Source: Ranitomeya imitator
Lineage: Eukaryota
Direction of reading: 5' to 3'
Length of the DNA stretch: 64,000 nt
Assembly: GCF_032444005.1 (NCBI RefSeq)
Contig: NC_091282.1
Span: 261,702,001 to 261,766,000, forward strand
Positions 27,921-41,868 of the stretch are shown piece after piece. The notes beneath the pieces are model-generated. The model searched no databases. It saw nothing but the letters and a program-made list of their open reading frames with translations, and was not told the DNA's origin. The number at the start of each line of letters is the position of its first letter. The first letter of the stretch is position 1. The translations under genes and the position numbers were made by a program.

Positions 27921-30251
27921 AAAAAAAGATAGTTTTTTTTACATTTATCTACATTTATCTATCAATTTGTATCAAGTGGGCATATACAGTATGTTCCATT
28001 TAAAAGCATGGTATAAAATTAGGCAACAGAAAATGTTGAACCGAGGGATTTGTCAAAGTCATTACAAAAATGCTTTAGGTTTTCGGTTAACTGAAAGCCT
28101 TCAATGTTTATGGTCTCCTCACCGAAGACTGACAGTCGTGTGACATTTTGAACACATTATCAGATTACTGTGTAGAGATGAGTTAGAGAGAGCTGAGTGC
28201 TGTCAGTCAATGAGAAAACAGTTTACTAGCTGGATGTAATACTTTCCTTGTCTTTCTAGTGTATAGATATTGATGTATCCAGACAGGATTCCAAACATTT
28301 CATTTAGAGACATTACAATGATTGTCCAAGTTCTACTAATTCATAAGATTAAACACTAATATAATTTGTGCTCTGATTCTTCAGGATTCATCTATTTTAG
28401 TTTGGTTTCATGTGACGTAAATTGCTGATAGCTGGTATCCAATGTTTTTTTCCATGTCTGACCATCGTATCACCTAGAACTGGCATAGATTAATGAAGCA
28501 TTGTCTAGTGAACACTTTGTTGTATCAGAGTCTCTGAAAAATAGTTAGATTTGTTGAAGGTTGTAATAGTTGTTTAGAGAACAAAAAAATTAGATCAGGT
28601 TGATTCTAGCAAAAAAAAGGTCAAATTTTTCAGAAAGGACAAAAATGACCTAGGTGAAAGTGACAGCCAAGGAATGTGGTGAGGTAAGCTGAAATCCAAA
28701 AATCTTAGACACAACATAAGGGACATGCATACTGAAGTAATGGAAAAAAATGAAATTCCTTTCCAAGCATTGTGCTATGATTGTGGAGTTATCATCACTA
28801 TCTTTTAAAAGACCTACGTGCTGTAATGTGCACACAAGAACAAACAATATAATGTAGATATGTAGACAGTGGGATGTGCCAGCATTTTTTGACACATATA
28901 ATCTCAGCAGCTCATGAGAAAGACAGAAGTCAATGATTTTTGAATGAAGAGAAACAACGTGATGATAAAGGGGTATTCTCTAGTTTGGAAATTATCCTTT
29001 ATTTACAGGATAGGGGACAACTTCCTTATCGTTGCGAGTCTGTCTGCCGAAACCCACTCCAATTCCAAAATCTGGTCCTCAGAAGAGCTCCTTGTGACTG
29101 GAGCAGTGGTCAGTTAGGTACACTGATGATCCTTTCATATTATGGTAGTGCCGAAGTCAATCCGAGTGCAGCTCTCTATCTCTGGCATTCCCATTAAGAA
29201 TGAATGGAACGGCAGTGCACATAGTCGGTGACTGCTCCAGTCAATCGGGGTTCTTCTGAGAACCAGTTCTTGGAATTGGTGGGAGTTCAGCAGACACACC
29301 CTCAGTGATCAGGAAGTTATCCCCTATCCTGTGGACAACATGATTGCACAGCAAAATTGAATGTGTCTATGGGTGAGAGAAACATAATATCATTATTAGT
29401 CAGGGCCGGACTGGGACTAAAATTCAGCCCTGGCATTTAAAATTACACAGGCCCACTTGTCACATGGTGACTGTATAATATGTTTGTACACTTGTAGGTT
29501 ACAAGAAGTGAGGGGAGTGTAACACGACTATATAACATATAATCACAGCTTTATCCAGCATTACAGCTCAGTCCTATTTATTGCTTTTAGTTGCAGTACC
29601 AAGGAAAGCCGCTACTTTACCTACATAACTGGATCTCGTAGATAATGAAGAGATGGAGATGACCAAAGGCTATGGAACCTCATTCTGATGCTTCATAAAC
29701 TTTGCCTACAGCCACTTTTGGTTCCGCTGCGCAGCACGAGACCCAGTTACTCTGAAGAGCGGTGACATCAGTAACGTCACCGCTCTTCAGATATTCTGGG
29801 TCTTGCGCTGAGCTCGGTGACTGTGAAGAGCAGTATTGTTACTACCGTCACCGCTGGGTCTCGCCAGGTCTGGGCTAGTAGTGGGGGTGTCTGATACTTA
29901 CACCAGGGATTGATAGCAGCTGACATTACGCAGCTGACATCAACCCTAAAAATCATTATACATACCAGAATTAAATGCTTTGGCAGCTGGGAAAAGCAGT
30001 AGAGTTAGCACTATTCCCAGGCTCCGGGTGCTAACCACAACTGTCATCATCCTTGCCTGGTCTCCCTGCAAAGCATTTCTGCTGTATTTACATGCGCTGA
30101 TATCAGGCCACTAAATGAGTGTGATCGACAATAGTGAAGTCGTTCGCTTGTTTCCCGGCCTCTTTACACCAACTGAGAAAGAATGATGGGAACAGAACAA
30201 TCACAATTAGATCAATCTGTCCCCATACAATATCATGTTATCAGCAGCACA

Positions 30252-30335
30252 TAGTAACATAGTAACATAGTTAGTAAAGCCGAAAAAAGACATTTGTCCA
30301 TCCAGTTCAGCCTATATTCCATCATAATAAATCCC
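30252..30335 (-). mobile_element. Extremely 5'-truncated CR1 (3' tail only)
   Basis: Nearly identical to 1858-1950, including the (TATGTTAC)n tail. Confidence 0.9.
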
Positions 30336-30469
30336 AACTACAGCTAATAAAAGCTGTAATAAAGCACAACTACAGTTTACACCGGCGATGTGCTGCTGAG
30401 AACAAGGATTTCTGTTCCCACATAAACAATCCAATCACTCGATGAATAGGCAGCATTTTGCTTGTTTAG

Positions 30470-31345
30470 TATAATACACCCCATAGTCCTCCATATATTA
30501 TAATGTGCACCTCAGTCCTCCATATAGTATAATACACTCCTCAGTCCTCCATATAGTATAATACACTCCTCATAATGTTCCATATATTATTATGCACCGC
30601 CATAGTCATGCATGAAGTACAATACACTTCCCATAGTATAATGCACCCCATAGTTCTTCATATAGTATAATGTATTCCCCATAGTCCTCGATACAGTATA
30701 ATGCAGCCCACAAATAGTATAATGATGCCACCCCAGAGTATAATGCAGCAACCCCACAGAATATATTGTAGCCCTGAGTATAATGTAACCCGCCAGAGAA
30801 TATAATGCAGCCCCATCATATAGTATAATGCAGCCCCTGCATATATAATATATGGTAGCCCCCTCATAGAGCATAATGCAGCCCCCCATAGAATATAATG
30901 TAGCCCCTCCATAGAATACAATGCCGCCCTCCTTATATAGTATAATGCAGCTCCCCATAGAATGTAATGTGCCCCCTCATAGAATATGATGCAATCACCC
31001 CTCATAGAATATAATAAATTTAATACATAGAATAAATTTAATATAAAATATAATACAGCCCGCCTCCCCATAGAATATAATGTTGCCCCATAAAAGAGTA
31101 TGATGCAATCCTCCCTCATAGAATGTAATACAGCCCCCCATAGAATATAATACAACCCCCATAGAATGTAATACAGCCCCCCATAGAATGTAATACAGCC
31201 CCCCCATAGAATGTAATACAGCCCCAATAGAATGTAATACAGCCCCCCATAGAATATAATAAAATCCCCATACAATGTAATATAGCCCCCATAGAATGTA
31301 ATACAGCCCCCCATAGAATGTAATGTAGCGCCCCCAATAGCCCCA
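30470..31345. repeat. Minisatellite, about 21-23-bp unit (cccccatagaatgtaatacagc)
   Basis: Direct tandem array; source of the spurious GLYYILWG ORFs. Confidence 0.9.
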
Positions 31346-31489
31346 CAATCCAGTTATCACTCATTGATATATTAAAAAAATAAACATACAATCCTCACCT
31401 CTCCTCGTGCCCCGCGCTGCTCTTGGCTCCGGTCTCAGCGGCTGACAGCGGCACAGCGTGCACGGATCGAGTGGCCCTTCTGGCATTTG

Positions 31490-32430
31490 CCAGTAATTAG
31501 GTATTCGAGTGACCCGCCTAACATGTTTGGTGCTTTATTTGCAGCCAATGAACATGATGGGCCTGCTTGCCAATCACAGTAATGCCATTGCCATCTTTGT
31601 TGTGGCATTACAGTGATTGGCTGGCCTTACAGCATCATAGGGGGTATTTAAGCCTTGCCGGCGCCATCTTGCGCACATTGTATGCGGAAACAGTGTAGTG
31701 AGAGTGTAGTGTGAGCATAGAGAGTGTTTCTGAGTCCAAAAAGCTCTTTTAAGAACCACTTAGAGTAAAGATGAGTTCTCTGTTAGGTTGAGATAACGTA
31801 TGGAGAGATTTAATATGAGGGGAGGGAAAGGCAGGCAGAGTGTTAGCATTGCAAGTACATGCTGCAGATCTCTGCTAGGTTGCATTGTGTATAGGGTATG
31901 AACTATTGATGAGCGAATACATTAGGCACTGTTTGTTACTAGCACAAATAGTACGCTCTTCGGGCTATTCTTTACTCAGCTAGTAATTTGGTATTCGCCT
32001 CGGTATATTCGAGTGACCCGCCCAGCATGTATGGTGCTTTTTTTGAAGCAAATGAAAATGCTGGACTGGCTTGCCATGCACAGTAATGCTTGTGCCATCT
32101 CTGGTGTAGTGTTACTGTGATTGGCTGGCCTTATAGTGTCATTTAATTGCCTGCCGGTGCCATCTTGTGCACATTTCAGCTGGAAACAGCATATGGAGAG
32201 TGTAGTGTGAGAATAGGGAGATTGAAAGGAGCGCATAAGGAGATTTATTGATTCCAAAAAGCTCTTTTAAGAGCTACTGAGGTTGAAGATAAGTAATTTG
32301 TTAGGTGGAGATGGCATAGGGAGAGATTTCATACATAGTGGGAGAGAAAGGCAGGCACCTGGGTGTTATCAGTTCACGTATTCATTGCAAGTACATGCTG
32401 CATATCTGTGCTATTTTGCATTATGTACTG
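31490..32430 (+). mobile_element. Two tandem decayed hAT 5'-end segments with promoter-like motifs
   Basis: 31490-31900 and 31980-32430 are similar (attcgagtgacccgcc...gtgattggctggcc...gccatctt); a TIR-like tattgatgagcgaata lies at about 31903. Confidence 0.5.
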
Positions 32431-32702
32431 TATATTTTAGAATTTGGAACAGACTCTGGGATTAAGGAGAGATAGGCAGGCATTCTTCCACTACCATAAT
32501 CTACAAATCAGCTATTTTAAGAGGCAAATAATATTAGATAGTACCAACATATACAAAACCAATTTTTTTGAAACGACATAATATTCCTGCATAGCAGCAT
32601 ATAATTTTTTTTTACAGCTAAATAATATTTCTCAGTGCCAGCATATAGTAAAATATGTTTTAAAAGCTAATTGCTAAATAATATTAGTTGCCTTTTGCTT
32701 AA

Positions 32703-33285
32703 AGGGAACCTGTCACCCCCCCTCAGGCGTTTGTAACTAAAAGAGCCATCTTGTGCTGCACTAATGCTACATTCTAACAAGGTGGCTCTTTTAGTTATGT
32801 TCCCTGCACACGCTGAAATAAACGCTTATAAAATGTGCCCCCCATGCCCTGAAATCGTCCCGGGGCGGGACTTTCCCTCCTAATCAGACGCAGCACAGCC
32901 GTCACTCCAGGCCTGTGCGCGCCAGGTGCCGCCTCCTCTTGCTGCATTATCATCCCCGGCGCCTGCGCTGTAAGTTTTTTTCCAGGCATGTGCAGTTGCA
33001 CTGCCCTTCATACTTACAGCGCAGGCGCCGGGGACGATAATGCGGCAAGAGGAGGTGGCACCTGGCGCGCACAGGCCTGGAGTGACGTCTGCGCTGCGCC
33101 TGATTAGGAGGGAAAGACCTGCCTCCGGGAACATTTCACGGTATGAGGGGACACATTGTATAAGTGTTTATTTCAGCGTGTGCAGGGAGCATAACTAAAA
33201 GAGCCACCTTGTCAGAATGCAGCATTAGTGCTGCACAAGGTGGCTCTTTTAGTTACAAACACCTGAGGGGGGTGACAGGTTCCCT
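32703..33285. mobile_element. Kolobok/T2 MITE, near-perfect 583-bp palindrome
   Basis: TTAA TSD at 32699-32702 and 33286-33289; TIR agggaacctgtcacccccc / ggggggtgacaggttccct. Confidence 0.95.
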
Positions 33286-34189
33286 TTAAAAAGCTGAGTT
33301 TGTTTTCCCCACTATTTGGTTAATGCTGCCTTACAATAAACCAACGGGGGCTTTAAAGAGATGGTGGTTTTCCCGTTTTTTCTACCTCTGTGTGACGTCA
33401 CGTGAATGAACTACCACAGTGGTATAATATTGATAGTGATATAGATGAGCGAGCTAATAACAAGCAGACATTGTAAATAAATTAGTAAGAACTAACAAAA
33501 TGGAACATAAAAGTAAAATTAATGAACTGATTTATACATAATTTGCACTTTTCCTTTAGTAAATTACCTCTCTGGTTTGCATAAGCAACAACATAAATAA
33601 GACAGTTTATAACTATAATCCATTAAGAGCTCTTTCCCATTATACATATGTAATTGTTTTCACAGTATTCTCAGTCCTGCTCTAAAGAGTTTAATTGTAG
33701 CTGATTATTTATGATCAGGTAGCAATAAATGCCCAGGGCAGCTAATTATTGTTTGGCTGGCAGAGCAGTGCTTGTAGTGTTACATGCAGGTCTGCTGTGC
33801 TTTGCTTGTACTAGAATTGCATGAGTAATGCTTCAGCGGAAGCCCATGGCTCATTCAATTGATTTTACTTATAATGTGCAACATTCATTAAGGTTTGTTA
33901 GGTTAATTGCTGACACAATTGGGCACCGGGGTGTATGTAAACAGATACTAAGGGAGCAGTATCATATTGTACCATGAAATAACAAGAGCGGGTATATTTC
34001 GTTTTTGTCTGCTCAGTGGATACACAATCCATTGCACATGTTCTCTAGAGATCCTGTCACTACATTTAATAAGTGTTCTGTATGCTGTTATAGATACAAG
34101 ATAAAGGTGCACTGTATACCTTGCATGTAACTTATTGGTCTACTACGGTAAATTACTTTAAGTACTCTTATTAGAGGGATTGCTCACCT

Positions 34190-34900
34190 TTGTGGCCAGT
34201 CTTTTTTCTTACTTAAATGCATATAATTGAGGCTTAAAAAAATTAGTAGTTGGGTTTCCTTAAATATTTTGCACCATTTTCCTCTTATAGCCTCTGTATT
34301 ACACTGTCTTTTGCTGGCTGTAGATTGCCTTAATGGGGTTGGCCATATTATATTTAATTTATCAGATGTGTTGGGCACATACAGTAATTTTGTGGCATAC
34401 CACTATTATATAGGTAAGACAGGTTCTCCTCCTCGTGTTAGTGCAAATTTACTCACAGACTATACAGCTCTCCAGTCCATAAAATGGCTGCTGGTGGAGA
34501 AGCATGTGACCAGACCTGTCCAATTGGAAACATCACATGAGAAAACTGCTTTTCTATTGGAGGAGGCTGACGGACAGGTCTGGTCACATGTTTCAACACC
34601 AGCAGCCATTTTATGGACTAGAGATTCACAGTCTGTGAGGAAAGCTGCATTAACAAGAGCAGGAGAAGAACTTGTCATAACTATATAATAGAGATGTGCC
34701 ACAAAATCAAAAATCATGTCCTCCACACATTATATAGATAATGTGGCCAACACTCGTTACCTCATTCTGCAGCCAGCGATAGCAAAATACATAGGCTGTA
34801 AGAGGAAAACGGTGCAACATTTTTATGGAAGTCCAATTGCAAAATGTATTTTTAGTCCTAATTACATGGATTTAAGTAGGGGAAAAAATTTTCCCAATCA
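34190..34900. mobile_element. Older palindromic MITE
   Basis: Inverted arms, e.g. ttttgcaccattttcctcttatagcct (about 34265-34295) versus aggctgtaagaggaaaacggtgcaac (about 34793-34818). Confidence 0.55.
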
Positions 34901-36999
34901 TTTCATTGTTACGATGACTTATTCTTATAAGTCACTATAACTGATAAATCTTATTTGCTACTAAGTTGTATTTTTGCTGCCAGGCTTCTGTACTATATCC
35001 GTTATTGAGCAGACGATGTCCATTACGGAAACAATTCTTCAATTCAGCAGATTTCCCAAATGTGGCTCACTAGTGATAGTACAGAACCTTGATGCCTAGA
35101 ATGACAGCACGACTTGGTGACATTGCACTGTACTGACAGCACCGGGTCAGCCATACAAGCTCCAGGAAAGTGATCTTACTGTAGGATCGAGATAGCGTAG
35201 AGTAGTTATAACTTAATTAGGACACATCAAAAGTAATTTGTTCCTTGCAGATATTTTATTCACCCATTATTGAAAGCTCATCTTGTATTCTAAAGCTTTA
35301 TTTGGCTTCTGTTATGTTCATTGTGATAATAAAGAAAGTTTATTCATAATCCTTAACATGGTGCAAAGTCTATTCCAGGAGCGCATGTTGCTCAACTCAA
35401 GATCTAGAAACCTTGATTAGTGTCATGTCTTCTATCCTACATAGGCGCCCGCGAGAGGTGTGGTGGCCTAGAGGAGATAGTCTATGGTCCCACTGGTTGA
35501 TTGTCAAATGCCGAAATTTAAATAAAAAATTATGGCAAAAATGCCTCATGCTGTATTTGGTGTTTCACTTTGATGTAACATTTTGCGAAATACACTGGGA
35601 CAGTGTATTTAGCAGCGGGGGTCTCTCGTGCTCTCCAGAATGTAGCAGTGACTATAATTGCTATGTTGCTAAAAGTTGAGCACAAATTTCATATTAACTT
35701 GAGAAATAGCTTGTGATTATGGAGTCTCTCTCAGCAGTGGGGAACGTCTCTACTACATTACACATTGGTATATTGGAACTCTCAATGATAAAGACTGCCA
35801 TTGAATGTCGCAAGTTGCATAGTTTTATAGTTTTTAAAGTTGAAAGTAGATGTAGGTCCATCAAGATCAACCTATAACCTAACATGTTGATCCAGAGGAA
35901 GGCAAACGCCCCATAAGACAAATTAAAACCCCATCATGTGTTCTCTCTTACATGGTCAATATTCACAGAATTCTGGAGAAGGTACAGGTTGTGGCCCTTG
36001 AATTACTTTTAGCCACCCTACACCGGAATAAATCGGTGTCAAGAACCCACACAGTTTTATGACTTTTAACCTTTAACACAAGAACAAGCTTTTGTAGTGA
36101 CATATTTCTCTGCAGCTCTTTCAGCAGGAGGACCAGAGACCTTAGCACCAAGCTCTAGCTCCATGTACATTTGTTCTATATTTCAGTCTAAGAAGAGGTT
36201 TCACATGTACCCATTCAGATGGAGACGTTTATTCTCAGCGAGGAAGGCAAGCGTAGGACCTGGTATAAGAGAGATGCCATAAAGAGGCTACCAGGTACAC
36301 ATAAAATTGGCCATTTTTATGCGCTAAAAGCTCTCATTTTTCATATTTCTAGTGCAGTAATGCAGTTCAAATTTCGTGTTTTCAAGTTTGCATGTTTTAG
36401 CGCTGCAGTGTGCTGCCTTATTTACTTAACTACATTTGTTCTATAGTTCTGGGTCCTCAGAAGACCAAGGCCACACTGCCCCAACATGTATTGCCAATCT
36501 GACCCTACATAAACTAAGTGTCACCCACTAGAGATAGGGGCATTTTCTGCAAATTTTATTCACCTAATGTACTGCGGTTCTGCAGAAAGATGTTGAATGA
36601 TTATTACAGCCGGATGACTCTGTTTATAAGGCAAAAGAAAAACTGCAGCATTATTGAAAGATGAGATCCTTTGGTACTGAAGATATGGTCACCCATTCAA
36701 CCACACTGATGCTGTTCCAAAAAATGTAGCAATTAATCTACCGTAAGTCTTTTATGCAAGATTTTTTGCGAAAATACTTTTGAGAAATTGGGGGCCATAG
36801 TGAATTAAATACCGTATATTAATTTATCATCTCAACATATGCCAAGAAATAAATCCATCCATCCAGTCTATTTAATCTTTTAATATATGCAAATAGTGAG
36901 TGCAGCAGTGCAGCCACATACATCTGCATAAAGATGCACAGAATGCTGCTCTGAAAAAGGACATATAAATAATACAGACAGCAAGAAATGCTGGCTCAG

Positions 37000-37260
37000 A
37001 GGAGGGAGATTGTGGCATCTGGAGAGTTCTCATGGAAGCATATGTGACACGACAATTTTTAAATGGTCTATCGATACTATTAATATTTATAATAGACCGC
37101 ACAAAACATCTATTGTCTGACACATCCATCAAAGAATATTTTGTCAGGTCTGCCTGCGATTCCTGTAGTTTGTTGGAATCTGAGATGCTAGATGACAGTT
37201 GAAGAAGGTTATAAAATAGACTTTAATGTGCAGATTCTTAATGAGAAATATCTTCAGAAG
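37000..37260 (-). pseudogene. Possible decayed L1 ORF2 fragment
   Basis: Manual translation SEDISH*ESAH*SLFYNLLQLSSSISDSNKLQESQADLTKY resembles the coiled segment after the L1 endonuclease; weak. Confidence 0.25.
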
Positions 37261-37494
37261 TCACAGTGTTCCATTGCGGAAAAGGAGTCTTTGCAAGACC
37301 AAAACAAATGGGCTTTGTCAGTTGGCAGGAAGCACATTTGATTACTTGAATAGCAGGCCCTGATTAAAGTCCATTGCAGGGAGCAAAATGTCATTACTTC
37401 CACATTATGTGTGATTGTTTACAATGGGGAAATGTTATCGCTAAGAAAGCAACAGCAAATGCCTAGAAATGCAGGATAGAGTGGGTCAAGGCTT

Positions 37495-37705
37495 TGCGTG
37501 TGTATGTGTAAGTGTGTGCGTGTGTGTATGCACATGTGTGCGCGTGTGTGTATGTACATGTGTGTGTATTTATGTGCGTGTGTGTATACTGTATGTGTAT
37601 GTGTGAATGTGTGCGTGTGTATGCATGTATGTATGTAACTGTGTGTATGTGTGTATTCGTGCGAGTGTATGTGTGTGCGTGTGGGTAAGTGTATTTGTGT
37701 GTGTC
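37495..37705. repeat. TG-rich compound microsatellite
   Basis: Directly visible. Confidence 0.95.
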
Positions 37706-38399
37706 TATCTTTTTACTGAATAAGGTTGCTTACTGTTAAGGAGTACATGTTTCAATTTGATAACTAAAAGCATACAGTGTTTACATCAGCTTACCGAGGC
37801 TGTTAAATGACTTTTGATCCGTTACTTGTAAGCCATTCACACGTATATGTGCACAGCCACAGAAAAATCATATAATCAGAAGTTTGTATAATTAAACATT
37901 TTGATTTGTGTAGCCATTTTCTGAGACCAGTTTTATATTTCTATCAATGGAGCTGTGTTAGGGCATGTTTTTGACATGGTAAACTGAAGTTTTAATTTAT
38001 ACCGTTTTGAGGTATATAAGACTTTTTGATTGCTTTTTAGGTTTTTGGCTAAACGAATAACTGAAAACCTTCATTTTTTATATATAGCATTTGATATATG
38101 GCACTTTTATGGCATTTACTATAAGGGTTAACTAATTTTAGATTTTAATAGTGTTATCCCACAGGGCCAGAGTTAGGGTTCAGTGTCTCCCCCCCAAAAA
38201 TGGAGATTCAAATTCTCACACAGTGTATATTCAGCTGTACTGCTAGTGCGTCGTATATCAGGCAGACACTTTCTTCCACGTTCATAGTGTTGTGTTATAC
38301 CACAGGGCCAGAGTTGGGGTTCTGTGTCTCCCCCCAAAAGCAAGTCATCTTTCAGGCAAGCTACGTGTCAGCAGGGGAAGGTGGGGCAAAAGAATGTGA

Positions 38400-41300
38400 A
38401 ATCCATGATTGGTTAATTTAAATGAAGATTAGATCATCAACATTTTTGGTAGCCAGACGTGTCCTTTTTTCGGTCAGTATTGAACCAGCAGCACTGAACA
38501 CTCTTTCTGAAAGCACACTGACAGCAGGGCAATCGAGGTTCTGTAATCCATATTCTGGCAATTCAGGCCAGGTGTCTAGTTTAGATGCCCAGTAATCAAA
38601 GGGGAATGACCTGAGAGGGAGAACATCGATAAGGGCGGAATAGTAGTTTGTAACCATACTGCACAAATGCTGTCTCCTGTCACTTTGAATCGATGCAGCT
38701 GTCCCTGTCGTGTCAGCGGTCATTGCGAAATCATTCCACAACCTTGTCGTAAAACCCCTCTGTCCAACGCCACTTCGGATTTCTGTACCTCTAGCACCTC
38801 TGCCATGTTGCCCCCTGCAGCTCAGGTGAGAACCATCACCAGCGCTGTGTGCTGGGAATGCCTGAACCAAACGGTCTACAAGAGTTGCTTGTTTGGTAGC
38901 CAATATTTGACCTAGGTTCTCATGTGGCATGATATTTTGCAGTTTTCCTTTATATCTTGTATCTAGGAGGCAGGCCAACCGGTTGTCGTCATCGGTCATC
39001 ATTTTAAAAATGCGGGGGTCCCTTTTTAGGATACGCAAGGCATACTCAGCCATGTGGGCCAATGTTCCAGGTGTGAATTAACTGTTTCTGCTGGGTTGAG
39101 GCCCACTTTCTTGCAAATCAACATCACAAGTGTCCCGCAATAAAACTGTACCAGACCTTGCAATGCCACCAGTTTCTATTGCCACCTGAGAATCATCCTC
39201 CTCCTATACATATTCATCCCCATCATCCTCCCCCTCATCCTCTTTGTCCGCCAATTCGTCCTGTACAGTTCCCTGAGCAGACAATGGCTGACTGTCATCA
39301 AGGCTTCCCTCCCCCTCGGCTGCAGACGCCTGCTCCTTAATGTGCGTCAAACTTTGCATCAGCAGACACATAAGTGGGATGTTAATGCTTATGATGGCGT
39401 CGACCACTGCACACCAGACAACTCCATGTCTGCCATCCAAGTGCCTGCCCGTGTTTCCTCCCACAAATTTATAACAGCACGCCTCTGTTCGCACAGCCTC
39501 TGAATCATGTGCAGTGTGGAGTTCCACCTTGTTGCAACGTCGATAATTAGGCGGTGCTGGGGAAGATTCAGCGATCGCTGATGGTTCAGCATACGGCTGG
39601 AGTGTATGGGCACCCGGCGGATGTGCGAGCAAAGTCTTCGCACCTTCAGGAGCAGGGCTGGTAACTTTGGATAATTTTTGAGGAAGCCCTGCACCACCAG
39701 GTTAAAGGTGTGAGCCAGGCAAGGTATGTGTTTCAGTTCTGAAAGGGCTATGGCAGCCATAAAATTCCTTCCGTTATCACTGAATACCTTGCCTGCCTCA
39801 AGATGTACACTGCCCAGCCATGACTGAGTTTGTTGCTGCAAGTACTCCACCAGTACTTCCGCGGTGTGTCTGTTGCCACCCAAACACTTCATTTGCAACA
39901 CAGCCTGCTGACGCTTACCACTAGCTGTTCGATAATGGGACACCCCGTGTGCAACACTGGCAGCTGTGGGTGGAGTGGTAGGGCGACTGCGCTCTGTGCA
40001 CGAGCTTTCGCTTCTGGAGGAGGAGGAGGAGTTGCGAACGCCGTATGCCAACTTTTTCCTGAGACTGTGGGATAGGCTGAACTGTCGCACTATGGCTGCC
40101 CCCTGTGGACCCTGCATCCTACACATTAACCCAGTGTGCCGTGATTGACACGTAACGTTCCCGGCCATGCCTACTGGTCCATGCATCTGTTGTGAGGTGC
40201 ACCTTTCCACTGACTGATTGCCTCAAGGCATGGACAATGTGGTCTTTGACATGCTGGTGGAGGGCTTGGATGGCTTTTCTTGCAAAGAAATGTCGACTGG
40301 GTAGGTCATAGCGTGGTACTGCGTGGGCCATCAGGTCTTTGAAAGCTTCGCTTTCAACCAAACGGTAGGGCATCATCTGTAATGAGATTAGTATAGCAAT
40401 GTGGGCATTCAAATCCTGTGTACGCGGATGAGAGGATGAGTACTTTCTTTTCCTAACGAGAGTCTCTTGTAGGGTGAGCTGGACTGGAGAGCTGCATATG
40501 GCGGAACTAGCGGTGGTTGTGGTGGTGGACATGGCGGATTGAGAGAGAGTTTGTTATGGTATTCTTGTTGTTGCCCAACATAGAGTCTTTCCTACCAATA
40601 ACCTTGTGATTCCCTGACTGCTTTGGCCTTACGACGATACCTCCACATTTGCTGCTGGTGGTGTCCTAACCGGTGGGCTTACAGTGAGCGAAGCAATGTA
40701 GCATTGCTGACTACCTTCACTCCGAGCAGGTGAACCAACGGTATGGGACGTTTCGTAGTTAGTCCAGGCTTGCAAGTGCATGGTGGTTAAATGTCTAAGC
40801 ATGCACGTTGTATTTAAATTTTGAAGATTCTTCTCTCTGCTAAAGGTCTTGGAGCATTTCTTACAGATAACTTTTGACTGATCATTCTGATCTTGGTGAA
40901 AAAATTGCTACGCGACACTCTTCCTACTATCGAAAACCTTTTCAGGCATTGTGCGCTGTGCTACTTTCACCGAATGACCACGCTCTCCTAACACTGTTTT
41001 TGTTTTTCGCAAACATTTTTGGCCTGATACGGGCCTGCCAGATGACAGCTGTTGCAATGTAGATGGCTGATGCGGATCATCCTCCTCCGCTTCTGAGCTA
41101 GTGGCAGCGGCACCCTCTTCCCCCAATGGCTGCCAATCTGGGTCAACAACTGGGTCATCTGTCACCTCCTCCTCAATGTCATGTGCACCTTCCTCAGTGT
41201 CACCATGTAAGGTGCTATAGCGTTCGGGACAGGGCACCATAGTCTCATCAGGGTCACATTCTGGCTCAGTAAACTGCGAGGGCAATGTAGTGATCACAGT

Positions 41301-41837
41301 CAATGGAACAGCATCACAATCTAGCTGTGGCTGTGCATCAGTGCACTCCATGTCCTATTCTTCTTGTAATTGGCAGTGTACAATTTCCCTTTCGAACCCA
41401 GGCACGGTATGTGTAAAGAGCTTCATGGAGTAACCTGTAGTGTCGCCTGCTGCATCCTTCACTTTTGGTTTGGGAGAAGGACACAAGGAAACGTCTTTTT
41501 CCTGACCGGGAGCATCCACTGACGACTGGCTGCTCTTACATTTAGAACTTTGGGAAGAGGAGGCGAAAGAGCTAGAGGGTGAGTCAGCAAGGAAAGACAA
41601 CACTTTTTCCTGCTTCTCCAGCTTTAAAAGCTGTTTTCCTACTCCCAGGTAAGGGAGCCTTCGAGGCCTTGTGTAGCCAGACGATGACCCAGGCTGAACA
41701 CCTCCAACCTTAGGTGCTACTGTGCTTTTGCCACTACCACGAGATGCACCAGCACCATCAGTACCAGCTGGCAACCCCCACCCATGGCCTCTTCCACCAG
41801 ACTTCCTCATTTTTGGGGGGGAGACACTGAACCACAA
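38400..41837 (-). pseudogene. hAT (ZBED/Ac-like) transposase pseudogene
   Basis: Fragmented ORFs: basic GRG N-terminus, start of BED finger (KSVA...), VHLTTDAWTS, SDNGRNF, CLAHTFNLVV, DVATRWNST, LACLLDTRYK, and C-terminal dimerisation motif WPEL...CPAVSVLSERVFSAAG. Multiple frameshifts and stops. Confidence 0.92.
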
Positions 41838-41868
41838 CTCATATTACACCGTCGTAATATGAGGGGCC

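Larger units (their letters stand above)
29401..31490. mobile_element. hAT-type non-autonomous element with internal minisatellite; right end truncated
   Basis: Left terminus cagggccggactgggact; same layout as 986-5279 (minisatellite followed by aaaaaa...ctcacctctcct); ends ggcccttctggcatttgccag without a full TIR. Confidence 0.6.

Noticed and set aside
38400-41837. hAT ORFs as a domesticated ZBED gene
   Set aside because: Multiple frameshifts and stops, a retained 5' TIR, and LTR insertions just upstream of the start.
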